A DNA stretch of 64,000 nucleotides from an uncultured bacterium (GCA_964482725.1 CAYZYT010000005.1:88133-152132); one strand, 5' to 3'; positions 25,201 through 37,332 are shown, counted from the stretch's first letter. Translations and numbers: made by a program. The notes: generated by a model from the letters alone, not told the origin.

Positions 25201-28200
25201 ATGATCCGCTCGCGCTGGTCGATCCATGCCGCCACCGCCGCCGAAAGGCCCGCCTTGAGACCTTCATACTGACGTTTCAGGATGGCCACTTCCCCCGGAG
25301 CCAGGGACGCCATGCGGTCAAAGCTGTCCAAGGTATCTTCTGCGGAAATAACGCCGACCTGCATATCGATGACTTCACGCTGGATATTTTCTTCCGTGGC
25401 CGTCTGATCGATCCCGATCACTCGCGAGGCAAAATTCCCGACAATCGGAATGTGATCTAAAAGACGGTCGCCCCACCAATAAGCAGGGCCGATAATGGGC
25501 ATCACACCCGGTTTCGTCGAACTGGTCCCGATCTCGTCATAGCCCAGCGCAAGACTGCCCTTGGCTCCAAAGCGCCACTTGGCGCCCATCAGATATTCCC
25601 GGGCTTTTTGACCGTGGAGCTGAATCAGATCGAGTTTACGAAGAATCTCGGTGACCGGGGAGATCGTGGATATGGAGCTGAGCTTCTCGCCCGCGCCGTG
25701 TATTTGCTGAAAAAGTTCTTCTTGTTCCTGGAGATATTTCACCGCGAAGTTCAGACGTTTTTTGAGTTCCAGGGCGCTCAGCGTGCCCTCCTTCGCATCC
25801 TTGTAGATCTTCTCCATCTCATTTTTAACGAAATCAGACATCTTGGCGGCGTCGACGGAGGCATGAAGGAATTGCCGGGTCACCTCCTGCAACCTATTGA
25901 GGCGCATGGCCCTGTCTTTCTTGACCGCGTCTTCTCCCGTAGCCTCCGATTTCCAATTGACCACTTCCTGAAGGCCCGTCTGAACCTTGATCATATCTTT
26001 GGAAAGCTTATCCAGCTTCAGAACCCGCGCCGAATTCTCCGGAGACATTTTCCCGAACCAAGGACTCAGCTCATCACGAAGCACCTTGATCTGCGCCACG
26101 GTCGCACCGACCGAGGCTGAAAACGCCTGAATCCCGGCGGTATCCTTGACCTTGCCGTCGGCATCCAAAAAGAGCCAAGGTGAAGTAACGACCAGTTTTT
26201 CCGCCTCGGCGAAACCTTTGATCTTTGTCTGGGCATCGATACGGGCCTGGACCGGGCCTTTCAGCTTTGCAAGGTCCGCATCCGTGAAGACTGCCGGATT
26301 CCCGCGGCGAGAAAAAACCAATCCCCGGTCGCCCTTTTCACCCAGCCATCCAAGATGCTTGACGATCTGATCAGCGTTTTGACCGAGTGCGATAAGCTGG
26401 TCGATCTCCTTGAAAACACTCTCGGCACTGGCAGCATGCTTCGCACCCAGCACCCCGGTGACAGACGCCCGCAGTGCTTTACCGGACTGTTCCTCCACAG
26501 CGGCTTTCTGTACACCCAAAGTCTCGGTCCCTTCAAGAAAGTCAACGGCGTTCGTGTCCTTCCCGAACGTGTAGATCTTGAACTGGAGCATGACTTTCGA
26601 AAGATTGTTCTGGGTCGCTTCAAGCTTGGCTTCCGCGATATCAAGATTCGCCTGCGCGTCCTTCATCTTCATCTGGGCTGCCCAGGAATAACCACCGACT
26701 TGGGGGGCCAGCCTTTTTTCAAATTTCGGCGAAATGGGTCTCTCGTCCCGTTCCGCGGCGGCAGCTTTTTCGGCTTTCTTTAATTCCTCATTACGAAGTT
26801 CGACTTCTCTCTCTGCAAGACCCACAAGTTTTGCGCCGAGCTGAATGTTATGGATCCATCCGCGCATGGTCGCGCTCAGATCCGTCGCCGTGCGTTGGAC
26901 TAACTTATCCGCGGAATCTCCGGCAAGATCCTTCTGGTTCTGGCGGGCCCAATAAGCCGTATCCGTCACGAGCGTAAGGCTCGGCCCGATATTCGCTCCC
27001 CGTTTCCAGCCTCTCTCGATCATGGTAACGTCTTTGCCGTTCCGGTCGGTGTAGCCCCAGCCGTATCCGCCGCCGAATGAGAATTTCATCCAACCCAGCA
27101 GGTTGTAGTTCAACCTGTCTTCGCCGGCCTGAAGGATCGCTTCATCGAGGCGGGGCTTTGCGGAAGCAAGGAGTTTTTGAAAATCAGGGTTGGCAGAATT
27201 CACATCTCCCTTAAACTTTGTTGCAAAGGCAAGCGCTTCATTCAAATTATTGCCCGCGACAGGGGTCTTGTCCTTGGCTCCCGCTTTCGGAGGTACGGCC
27301 CAGGACCGGAGGGTTTCTTCCCGAGCAGCTTTCAGCGCTGCCTGGATGTCCGCGACGCGTTTGGGGAACTGTTTTTCAAGATCGTTCACCGTCTTCGTGA
27401 TCTGTCCGTCCAGACCCGCGTACTGTTGCTTCCGGCTCTCGAGAAGGCTCACGGCCAATTCGGCGCCCTTGACGTCTTCGGTGATCTGTTCCTGATCGAT
27501 ATAAGCTTGGGCAAGATTGAGTCCCCGATTGGAAGCGCCGGACGGGTCACTCATGATCTGATTGATCACTTCGTCTTTCGCGCCCATCGCGCTTTTGACC
27601 TTGGCCTCATAGCTCTTTGCGGCTGCAAGGGATTGATCCAGGAGAAGTTGATCTTCATAGAAGGCACGCGCTTTCGACGAAAATTTTGCAAGCTCAGTCG
27701 CGATCGCCGCCTCCTCTAAGATCTTATCCTTATTCCGTTCCTTATAAAAAAGGCCGTGAAGGGACCAGCTAAAATCGATCCGGAGGATATCGACGGAAAA
27801 CTCATTGCCCAGATTCCAAACGCCGAGCGTGCGCAGAAGGTCCCAGCTAGCCTGACCGGCGACCGTCCCATCCACACCGCTCAATACGCTTTTTGACGCG
27901 ACTTTTTGATTGACCAGACTTTTGGCCCGAGCCATCGAGGCGGTGACCCGGTCCACCGGCATGCCTTCTTCCTTTTCGAAAACCTCCTTGATCGAATCCA
28001 GCGTAATCCCGTCAAACGGACTTTTCTCGCTCGAATCTTTTGCTTTGTCCGAATCTTTCGCCGCCGGAATGTTGATGGCATCTTCCGTGCCGCGACCTGT
28101 CAGCTGGACGATCTCCCGGCTGATAAGCTTGCGCGAGGTTTTGAGCACTACGATATCGCTTTCCACGGTTTTGATCGCCGCCGCGATCTGCCTCTGGGTC

Positions 28201-31200
28201 TGGGTGTTGTAGTCCTGACCGCGGGTCTTCATCTGATCGAGAAGATTCTGCGCCAGTTTAGTTTTCAGGGCTTCTTTCGCGGTGATCTTCGCGTTAAAGA
28301 AAGCGATCTGGAAGAATTTCTGGACGATCGCATCAAAGGTCTCCCCCTGAGCGATCTCAAGATCCGCTTTGGCGGTATCCGACTCCGCCTTCGCGACGGC
28401 CCGCTGACGGATCCACGCAAGGTTGAGAACTTCGACGCGCAAAACAAGCATGGCGTCCCAGTCCCTTTCCTTCAAGGTCTCCCGGGCCAGCGTCGTGCCG
28501 TTCTTGCTGTCATAGCAATCAAGACGGGACAGGTACGTCAAAAGCGCGGCGTCATAGGGATTCGTCAGGACAATGTCGCGACCGAGCCGTTTCTCCGCCT
28601 CAGCCTTCATCTTCACAAAGGAATCCATGATCTCGGGAAGCGTCGCCCCGCCGAAGATGTCCTTGGCATTGATCCCTGAATAGAACGGATTGTCGTAGCG
28701 CTCGGCCCAGTAGGAGGCAAACCCCATCATCTCCGCGATCGGACGGCTATAATTCGCCTGATCCGACGGATTGCTATGAGCGGTAAGATAGGCGGGACTC
28801 CGCTCCGACACCGGCACGGCCCGCAACTCCGGGGTCAAATTCCAGAAACCGCTATCGCGTCCGCCGATCGCATTGATATTCGCCGCAAACCGGCCAGTGG
28901 TAATGTCGGTCGATTTCAGATGAATGATGGTGCCGGCATCGACCTCCTTATAATTTTCAAAATGGTAAGTGTCAGCCTCCGGGTCGCCGTTCCCGATGAT
29001 CGCATACACCGTCGGATTGCCGTTTTCATCCCACGCGACCGGCGAATAGGTTTCCGTATAATCCGGCGCGTAATTCGCCTGCTTCAGGGTGACATTGCCG
29101 CTGCCGTCATCGACCCAGCTATAATCGAATTTAACGCTTGAACCTTCGGAAGTCCCGTTGTGCCCCTGATATAAAGGAAGGTCACGCGGCGTAGCGTTAT
29201 AGGAAATCGACAGGTCCAGCGTGATCAGCCGGCGGTACCAGCTCCAGGAATCATACGTCTCGTCCATGATCTTTTTCTCGATCCCGGCTTGCTTAACGAG
29301 GTGCCCGTTCTTGACCCCTTCCGCGACCCAATTTTTGACTTCCGGGCCCACGGCTTCTTTTCCGGGGATCGAAAATCCACGGTAAATGTCAACGGTGTTC
29401 TTGGCATGCGACACAATGGCCGCAGTCAGTTTCTCAATAGTAGCTTTGTCCGCCGTGACGCCTTTCGCTTTTTCAGCAATGATCGCCGCCTGGAGTTTCC
29501 GGATCTCGTCATTTTCGGGAGCAAGCTTGGCATCCATGGCCTTCTGGTTGGCCAGCACCGCAGCCTGCGTTTCTTTTTGAATGTCCTGCAAAGCGGCTTC
29601 CTGCGCAGCGATCTTCTTTCCGAGCTCCTTTTTAGCTTTTTCGTCCTTCGCCTGTCCGAGCTGGGACTTGAGATCCGTCAGCGACTTGTCTTCTTTCGAA
29701 AATTCGTCGCGGAGCTCCACCATTTTCGTGATCGTCGGCGGGAGCTTCACTTCCTGAGTTGCGGAAGCTTTGACTTCGGCTTTGACAGCCTGTTTTTCTG
29801 CCGGCGCGGGTGTGGCAGCTTTCTCCGGAGCCGCGACCGTTTTCGGCGTTTCCTTCGGAGCTTCCGGGGCCAGTTTTTCCGCGGCAACGGTCACGACGGC
29901 CGCGGCGGTGCCTGAAACGGCGGCCACAGAGGCATTCACAGCGATCGTTTTGACGGATTCGGTTTTGGAAGCTTCGACTTCCGGAGCCGCCACAGAGGCT
30001 GTTTTGAGGCGAAGGTCGTTGAGCTTCTGTTCGGCTTGGCGAAGCGCGTTAATGTGAGTCACGAGATTCTTCATGTTCGCGGGATCCGGCATCTTTTCGG
30101 ACATACCTTCTTTGACCGTAGTCCGACGCAGGACGCGCAACAAACCGTTCTTCGAACCTTCGGTCTTAAGCGCTGAAATACTTTTCAGTATTCCGTCCAG
30201 ATCGACCGGCTTTTCGGCCCGGACACCACGGAAGATCACATCACGGACGGCGTCTTTGGCATCGATCCTCCCGGCGAAGGTCAGCTGCAGATAGCTATCC
30301 AACCCTTCGATCGCCAGCACCCGTTCAGCTTTGGCAGTACGGATCTCCGTATCAACGGCTGCCCGCGACTTTGCCGCCTCTTGCGCGGCTTGGCGCTTTT
30401 GAGCTTTGGCCGCCTCGGCCGCTTTTTGGGCTGCGATACGATCCTCTTTAACTTTTTGAGCCGCAATCTTTTCCGCGGCGGCTTTTTCTTCGGCTTCGAT
30501 CGCGGCAACCGCATCCCGAGCCGCCTTATTCATGACTAGCGTCGGTTCCGTAGAAGGCTTCAGAGGAGTGCCTTCGGCTGCGAGTTTTGCTTCTTCACCG
30601 AGTTCTTCAGCGGGTGCCTTCGGAGCTTCTTTGACGGTCATCGGAGCTACCGGAACCACCACGGCAGGCTTGACTTCCGCGACCGCGGGTGCCGGAAACG
30701 CTTTCGCAAGATCGGCCGAGGTTTTTTTCATAACAGCCGCGGCTTCCTCAAGTTCTTTCTTGGATTCCGCGACCGTGACCTCAGCCTTCGCAAGTCTTTC
30801 CTTGGAGGATTCGACAGCTACGGCCGGCGCGGGAACGGCTTTGACTTGAACTTTCGCCGTTTCCACGACAGGAGCTACTGTGACTTCGGGTGTCACGACC
30901 GGAGCTTTAGGGGCTTCAACGGGAGCTTTGACAACGGGTTGAGCGGCAGGCGGTGTTAGAACCACCAACGCATTTTCCATAGGAGCTTCGGCGGCTTGAG
31001 ATGAAGAAACAAGCAATGCCCCAAGACCCGCAAATCCCGCCTCCACCCCAGATTTTACTTTCGCCCATTTGGAAGCAGACGGACTCACCCCAACGGGCCC
31101 GGCAACCGTCTGCTGATCCAGGCCTAATTGTTTTTTTGCCTCCGCTAAGATCCTGGCCGTTTCGACACCGGGCCCATAACGATCCATCGTGTCTTGTTCG

Positions 31201-34200
31201 ATTTCGGAATACTGGGCTCGTCGCATTTCAAGCGTCATTTTACTTATCGAGATTGCCGACGAAGCGTATTGCTCGGCTTGTGCGATCTGGTGATGAATGG
31301 ATGAGGGGTTCTGTAAATCTTGCGTTGAGGGCCGATCTGCGGGTGCTTGACGCATAAGAGCGGCCAGACTCTGAACAGCTTGGTGAACCCCGGAATCCTT
31401 GGAACCGTCGGAAGCTTGAACGAATTGTCTCAGCTGAGGTAAATAATAGGTCGGGACATCTTTGAAAAGCTCCGCATTCGGAACATGCATCGCCGCAAAT
31501 GCAGGCGATGTAAAATGGATAATTTCTGATTGAAGGTCAAATCCTGTCCTGGTAGTCAACTCCGCCATTCCCGAATGAAATACGCGGCCGTGCACTCCGA
31601 GGAGATCCTCTTCGACGAACAAAGCCGGTTTTACAAGCGTCCAGTCGACGAGCGACTGCAGGCCATACTCCTGCACAAAATCACTATTGGCCACCACCTG
31701 AACGAACCCGCCCTCCATACCTCCTTCAGGACCTGTCTGGAGACCGACAAAGCTGCCGAGTTCACCTCCAAGGGCATAGGCGGAAAATGTCCCTAAAGTA
31801 ACGCTCCACCCGTAATCCTCCAAGGTCGGCGCCAAACGAAGGGCTTTGAAGAATATCTTAAGCTCCTCTCCCACACTGAGCTTGAGTTTTTGTGAAACCG
31901 GCACAGCTTCCTGAGGAGGCCCCCGCTGATTGAGGTTTTGGCCAAGAATAATTTCAAAAAAGTAACGATCGCTATCACTCGCGAAAAGGATCGCGCCTTG
32001 GTTGTAAAGTTCCCGGATCTGTTGAAGATCGGCCGGGCTTGTCTTCGGATCCTGCATCAACCGATAAAAAACATCCGGGGTCAGGAGCCACGCGTAACTG
32101 TTCAATGACTTCATATTCTGTTTCGCTTCATGCTGGGCAAACATATCCGTGAGGATCTCCTTCACGCGGCCGGCTCCGAGCATTTCAACAATTCGCTTGC
32201 TCGCAAAATACCCGGCTACTTTCTGACGATACCGCAGCCAATGAAGAATAACCTGGGTCGCGAACATCGTTCCAAGCACGCCCACGGTCGCGGAGGCCGC
32301 AAGGCCGGAAATGGCCGTCACAAGCATGACGTTCGGTCCCGCCATCGCCGTCAGGAACGCGAAAAATCCGGCAAGGATCGGAATGGACGGCAAAAAGACA
32401 CCGAGCGTCAATCCGACGATAAAGGAAACCGTGCTCAATGCCATGCGGTTATTCGTGAACTGAAGGATCGGGATCACGATCAAGGCCATGGGGATCCAAA
32501 GCACCAGACGAACCGTGGCCAGAACGCCGTCGATCAGATCGATGCCGAGACTCGCCAGCTTCCACGCGATCGGGTTTTTGATCTTATCCTGAAATCCGAA
32601 AGAACCCAGCCCGTATTTATAAGTATGAACGATCGCTTTCCCCCACGACCATCTCAGAAAACCGTTATACACAAATTTCTGGAGCGCTTTTGCGTTCTGG
32701 TCGCTCCAAGTCGAATACGTCACGCCAAAAAACGGCTTCTCCTTGACTGAGGCAAGTGCACCCGCCAGTTTCTGGGCCGAAACGCCTACGGAAAGACGAC
32801 GAAATTCATATTTCGCGATCCCCCGAACGAGCCCCAGCCACTCTTTGGGATTCTTAAAAAGAAGCGCGGCACCTTTAAGCGACAAAAGCTTGCCCAAGTG
32901 CTCGCCCGACAAGAGTCCCAAATGACGGTTAATGCTTTTTTCCACAAGCTCGGGATAAAAGGCGTAGAACGCGTGGAAAGCAACCCTTAAAAGCGCAATA
33001 GTCACAATGACGAGATAAACTTTCATGGCAATCAGACCGACCACCGGCACCAAAAAGCTCGCAAGTACGCCAAGCCCCGCGACCAACCCCAATTTCATAC
33101 CGATGCTTTTCAGCCGTGCGACCCATACAGCTTTCCGGCTCTGTGCCGTACCTTTTTCAGCCGACTTCATCTTTTCGCGGTTGCGCGCCTGCTGATCTTG
33201 GCTTACCACGGCTTCATGCATCATCTCCGCAAGACGGATCATTTGGGCCTTATCCAGACTGTTCCATTCGACGCCGTTCTGCTTGAGCAGCGCATCAAGA
33301 AGCGCCGCATTCCCTTTGAAATGATTGTTCACGAGGATATCGCGAACCCGTTGACGGACCTCTTCGGTCGACAGCGCTTTCAAATACTCGACCACCGGCA
33401 TCCGGTAAGACGTTTCGGGCTGAGCTTCTGCAGCTTTGATCAGATCCGCGAGCGACGCTGCCACGGCTGGCTTCACTTCCGGTTTCTGTTCGACAACGAC
33501 CGCCGGCCTGGCGGCAGCTTGTTCCGCGGCGGCCTGCTTGGCGGCAAGCGCCTGGTCGATCTCAACGCCGACATTTGCGCCGATCGGTCCGGAAGGTCCG
33601 GCCGCGATCTTGACCGCCCGAGCGGCTAGCCGCTCATCAATGAGTTTCTGAAAAGTTTCTTTCGAATGGGTGATGGTGAATGCATTGATCGGCACGCCCA
33701 GATCCCGAGCCTCGATCAGAGTCGGCATTTTCGAATCAACCGTACGGATTTTGTCGGGAGTCAAAAAGGAAAGGATGCGGAGAACCACGGGAAGACTGAG
33801 AACCCCCTTTGCGGAGATCTTCTCCATTTCATTCATTCTAAGGTCAAAACCAAGGTTCAGGAGGAGCCGCCGATAGGCTTGATACTCCCTGTTTTCAGAA
33901 TCCTCCGCATTTAAAATGAGCTCGGCCGTAAGACCCTGGGGCAGTTCAAGACCTTGATCCTGCAAATACGCATTCAGCCTCAAGAGGTTGGTCTTGATGA
34001 GAGCCAGCTCGGATTTCTGGCGTTCCTGCTCGGATTTGATTTGCGCGGCCTTGATCGCCTCGTCGTATACCTCGCCAAACTTCGGGCCGAAGGGCTCAGG
34101 CTGAGCCGGGACTGTTTTCTGCTCAATCACTCCGGATGTGATCTCGATCGGCCTCTCATGGGTCGTTTCTTTTGCAACAAGCTCCGGTTGAGCTTTCATT

Positions 34201-36323
34201 TGCGCCAGAACTTCTTCGGGCATCAATATGCCCTTGGCCATGACATAAACCATGCTCTGATCGCCGAATTTCACAACAGTTCGACCAGCCCCCTGGATCG
34301 ACACCTCCCTGCGACGATCGTCCGTGCTGCGTTCACTGAACACGGGAATTTCTCCGTTCCCATCGCGGCTACCCACCACCCAAAGATTCCACTTTTTGTC
34401 AAAATAGGACCGCTTTAACCCTGTGCTCGCGCCCTCAACAAATGTTTGTCCTTCCTGGATCAATACCCCTTTACCTGCACGAAGCATTTCACCAAAAGTT
34501 ACCGAGGGGGCCACGTTTTTGTTCCTAAAAATACTCTGCAGTGCCGTAGCGCGAACTTCGGCTCTGGCAAACTCGAGTCTTTCGCCATCTACGCGAAGTT
34601 CTGCACGGGTCGGAGTCCCCAACTTCGCGGCCAACTGGAAGCGCGGGTCATTCAGGACCGGTGACTTGGGCACAAGGAACGCTTCCGAAAGGACTTTTTC
34701 GATCGGGAGCGGGGTTTCGCGCAGAGCGGCATCATAGAGGGCGGACTCTTTGGCTTTATTGATCGCCTTGGTGATGCGCGGGGCGACTACTATATAAGAG
34801 AGGTCCTTCTCGCGAAGGTACTTCTCGATCCCGGGCGTATGGAAACCGCCGGTGACGATGGCGGATATCTTCTGCCCGGTGGCAAAGGTTTTCTCAACCG
34901 CTCGCTCGATCAGCACCTGATCGCGTTCGAGAGCGGCTTTATAGAAGCGCTCCACACGCGGTAAGTCCTGATCGAGTGTCTTCACTTGGGACGGCAATCC
35001 GTAGGTGAAGTGGTACTTCGACATGAGCGGGTTGAGAAAACTTACGAAAGTTTCCGACTTAAACTCGTCCTGGTAGGTGTAATAGAACTCGGCGTCCTGC
35101 TTCGTGAGCGTAAAGTCGAACATCTTGCAATAGATGTCATAGATCCGGAGGATATGGTCAAGCTGGACCTGTTCGGGGGTGGTGAAGAGCTTGTTCTTGA
35201 CGGTCTTTTCAAGGAACTCGATCTCGTCAAAGATCGAAACGTCGATCGCGTCATAGAGCTTCATGTATTTAACATAGGCAAGAACATTGGCGTATTTGGT
35301 GTTGAGGTCTTCTCCATGGGTTTGAGCCACGCTCATGCCCTGGATCTCATCCTGGAGATAGCCGTAATAGGCAGCGCGTTTCATCTTCTTCATGCGGAAG
35401 TGAACGGTGTTGGTGAGGAAACGGGAAAGCTTCTCGCGCGAGAGGACGCGCTTCATGTCATTGATGAGATCGTCAGTCTCTTTTTCGGCCTTGTCAAAAT
35501 CCACCTGCTTTTCAAGGTCCACGAGCTCGATCAGGGAATGCATGCCGGGATATTCATCGAGCGCGATATTGTGCTTACGGGCCAACTCCACAAGATAACG
35601 GACATAAGAGACGAGTTCCGGTCCGCCTTCCTGGAACGCGGCGCGGCGGCGAGTCAGCTCGCGCATCTCTTCGGGAAATACGAAGCGGCTCACCCCTTGC
35701 AAGACTTTATCAAGTTCCGCGAGGATCTTTTCATCGCGATCCTTGAACTGGAGCGCGTCCACGTAGGCTTTGCGGTTTTCTTCGTAGAGGTCTTTATCTT
35801 CCACGCCAAAAAGCGTCATCGCCGGTTTTTCAACAATGGCGAGATATTCGGGGCCGGTGAGGCGACCTTCTTTCAGAAAATAATCGGCGACGTTCCGGCG
35901 GGCGTCTTTATTCGGGAAAAAGGAAAAAAGTTCGGTGTAGAGCTCACCCGAGGCGCCTTCGAGGTTCACCAGCTTAAGCTGATATTTTTCCGAGAAGTAG
36001 CGGATGATATTGGCGATATTGCGCTGGGCTTCTTCGTTGATGTGCGCGTCCTGGATCGCGAGGACGATCGTGTCGCGACTCCCTTTGAAAGTCGACTTGA
36101 TCGTTCCGTAGCTATCCGGAAGATCCGGCCGGTCGATCAGGGAAAGAACGGCATTGGCTTTGAAGGTTTCTACCGGGGTGAGGTTCGAAGGAGTCGAGGC
36201 GGCAGCATAGGCTTTGTTGATCCCACCATCCCAAACGATCGAGGTAAAGGTAAACACACAGACCGTCAAAAACGCAACGGTCCTAAGCCAAGGCTTAAAG
36301 CTTTGTGTTTGCCAGTTGATCAT
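4230..36323 (-). CDS. Giant ORF of about 32.1 kb (~10,697 aa): a membrane-anchored multidomain giant protein of unknown function. It has TM blocks, coiled-coil/low-complexity linkers, HEAT repeats and C-terminal nucleotide-sugar enzyme-like domains.
   Basis: ATG at 36323..36321 is preceded by GGAGAGGA (36334-36341); TAA lies 9 codons upstream in frame. Spot-checked minus-strand codons near 30059, 25019, 21059, 20039, 17999, 9059, 7562, 5699 and the stop TAA 4232..4230 all have codon-first base = 2 mod 3 with protein-like translation. The N-terminus reads MINWQTQSFKPWLRTVAFLTVCVFTFTSIVW. Long plus-strand ORFs across the region look like antisense shadows. No internal stop was found by manual translation, but not every codon could be machine-verified. 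Confidence 0.62.
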
Positions 36324-36426
36324 CGGATTGCCGTCCTCTCCATAAGCCGATTAGAACTGCTCTTGTACTACCAAGCTCTTGAGTCACCATTAAAACTTAT
36401 TTCAACATCTTATTAACCTCAATAGA

Positions 36427-36455
36427 AATATACACAATGGAAGCTCTACAGTCAA
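36427..36455 (-). promoter_or_regulatory. Candidate sigma70 promoter for the giant ORF: -35 TTGACT, 17-nt spacer, -10 TATATT with a TG-type extension.
   Basis: The minus strand reads ttgact-gtagagcttccattgtg-tatatt. The -35 is the reverse complement of 36450-36455 and the -10 of 36427-36432. This gives a 5' leader of roughly 100 nt before ATG 36323. Confidence 0.4.
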
Positions 36456-36903
36456 GGAAACCTAAAAAAATTTTAATGATGTAACCCCTTACCAATCAAC
36501 TGGTTGTGTTGCTCCTTAAAAAAATACCAACTTTTCTTAGATTCCATAGAATTTCTCATAGCATTAGTTGTCAGCTAAAATGGCCTGTTTTTCAACAAAA
36601 AACAGGCTTCGAGATAAAGCTATTTATCGTGTTAATAAAAAGTTTTTGAAAATAAGTTTCTTTTAATCCACGAAGAAGACGATACATAATGATCCCCTGC
36701 AAAAACTACAATCGAAAATTTTCGGCAAAAATTTCCATAGAAAAAAAATCGCGAGCATTAAATTCAAAAAACCCCGAGAAAACCCCACACAAATCCAAGA
36801 AGAGACCCAGAGATTAATCCCCAACATTAATGCCTGGAGATTTTTTTAGGAGTCGAATAATCACGGAAACCGGAAGCTCTTGCTCTGGTCTGAGAATTAA
36901 AAC

Positions 36904-36938
36904 AAAAAAGCCCCTCGCAAAAATCCCGAGGGGCTTTT
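36904..36938 (-). terminator. Intrinsic terminator hairpin (GCCCCTCG / CGAGGGGC, 9-nt loop) flanked by an A-run and a T-run. It is effectively bidirectional and most likely ends the minus-strand tRNA transcript.
   Basis: Positions 36910-36917 pair with 36927-36934. The minus strand is followed by TTTTTT; the plus strand is followed by TTTT. Confidence 0.5.
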
Positions 36939-37159
36939 CAATGATAACTGCCGTCGCCGCACAGGGTTTCAAAATCCTGGCGCGCGGTACCAATTCACAA
37001 AGAATTGGTGGACCTGCCCTTTACATTTCATTTCAAGGGCGATAAAAATCATCGAGGAGAGTCGGCGCCTTCCACTTCGTTCCAGGTCGGCCACCCGCCC
37101 TAGAAACATGACATCCCGTCATGTTTCATTACAGGTCTCCCTTCGACTCTCCTACCAAT

Positions 37160-37195
37160 AAAAAAATTGCCCGATGGCAAAAGCCACCGGGCAAT
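37160..37195 (-). terminator. Hairpin plus U-tract immediately 3' of the tRNA-like element on the minus strand.
   Basis: Minus strand reads ttgcccggtggcttttgccatcgggcaa followed by ttttttt. The stem is about 11 bp with one mismatch and an AAAA/UUUU loop. Confidence 0.5.
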
Positions 37196-37197
37196 TT

Positions 37198-37310
37198 TGG
37201 ACCTGAGGAGAGTCGAACTCCTGGCCTCTGCAACCTGCCGCGGCAGGCGCAGCGCTCTATGGCTGCTTTGTGGACGGGTCTCGCCGCGATTTTTGGCGGA
37301 AGCTACAGGC
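37198..37310 (-). pseudogene. Degenerate tRNA-Ala-derived element (tRNA-like remnant). It has a correct T-arm and 3' acceptor, but its D-loop and anticodon loop are replaced by insertions, including a perfect palindrome CCTGCCGCGGCAGG.
   Basis: The 3' 45 nt (agaggccaggagttcgactctcctcaggtcca) are near-identical to the neighbouring tRNA-Ala. The 5' acceptor strand is not complementary (atgcctg versus the required ggacctg). A roughly 42-nt insertion follows gcctgtagc, and the anticodon loop is substituted by a 16-nt hairpin. Confidence 0.4.
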
Positions 37311-37332
37311 ATGACCTCGATCATAAAAAATC

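Noticed and set aside
795-36416. Long plus-strand ORFs in the supplied track (for example 3528..7010 at 1160 aa, 21738..23120, 34986..36416, 8556..9500, 16222..16968)
   Set aside because: Their translations are Arg/Leu/Gly-rich with no recognisable motifs. That composition is typical of the antisense shadow of a GC-rich gene, and the minus strand reads as continuous protein in one frame across the same coordinates.
37103-37129. 10-bp perfect hairpin gaaacatgac-atccc-gtcatgtttc
   Set aside because: No flanking U-tract on either strand and no obvious associated gene. It is noted but I cannot assign a function.
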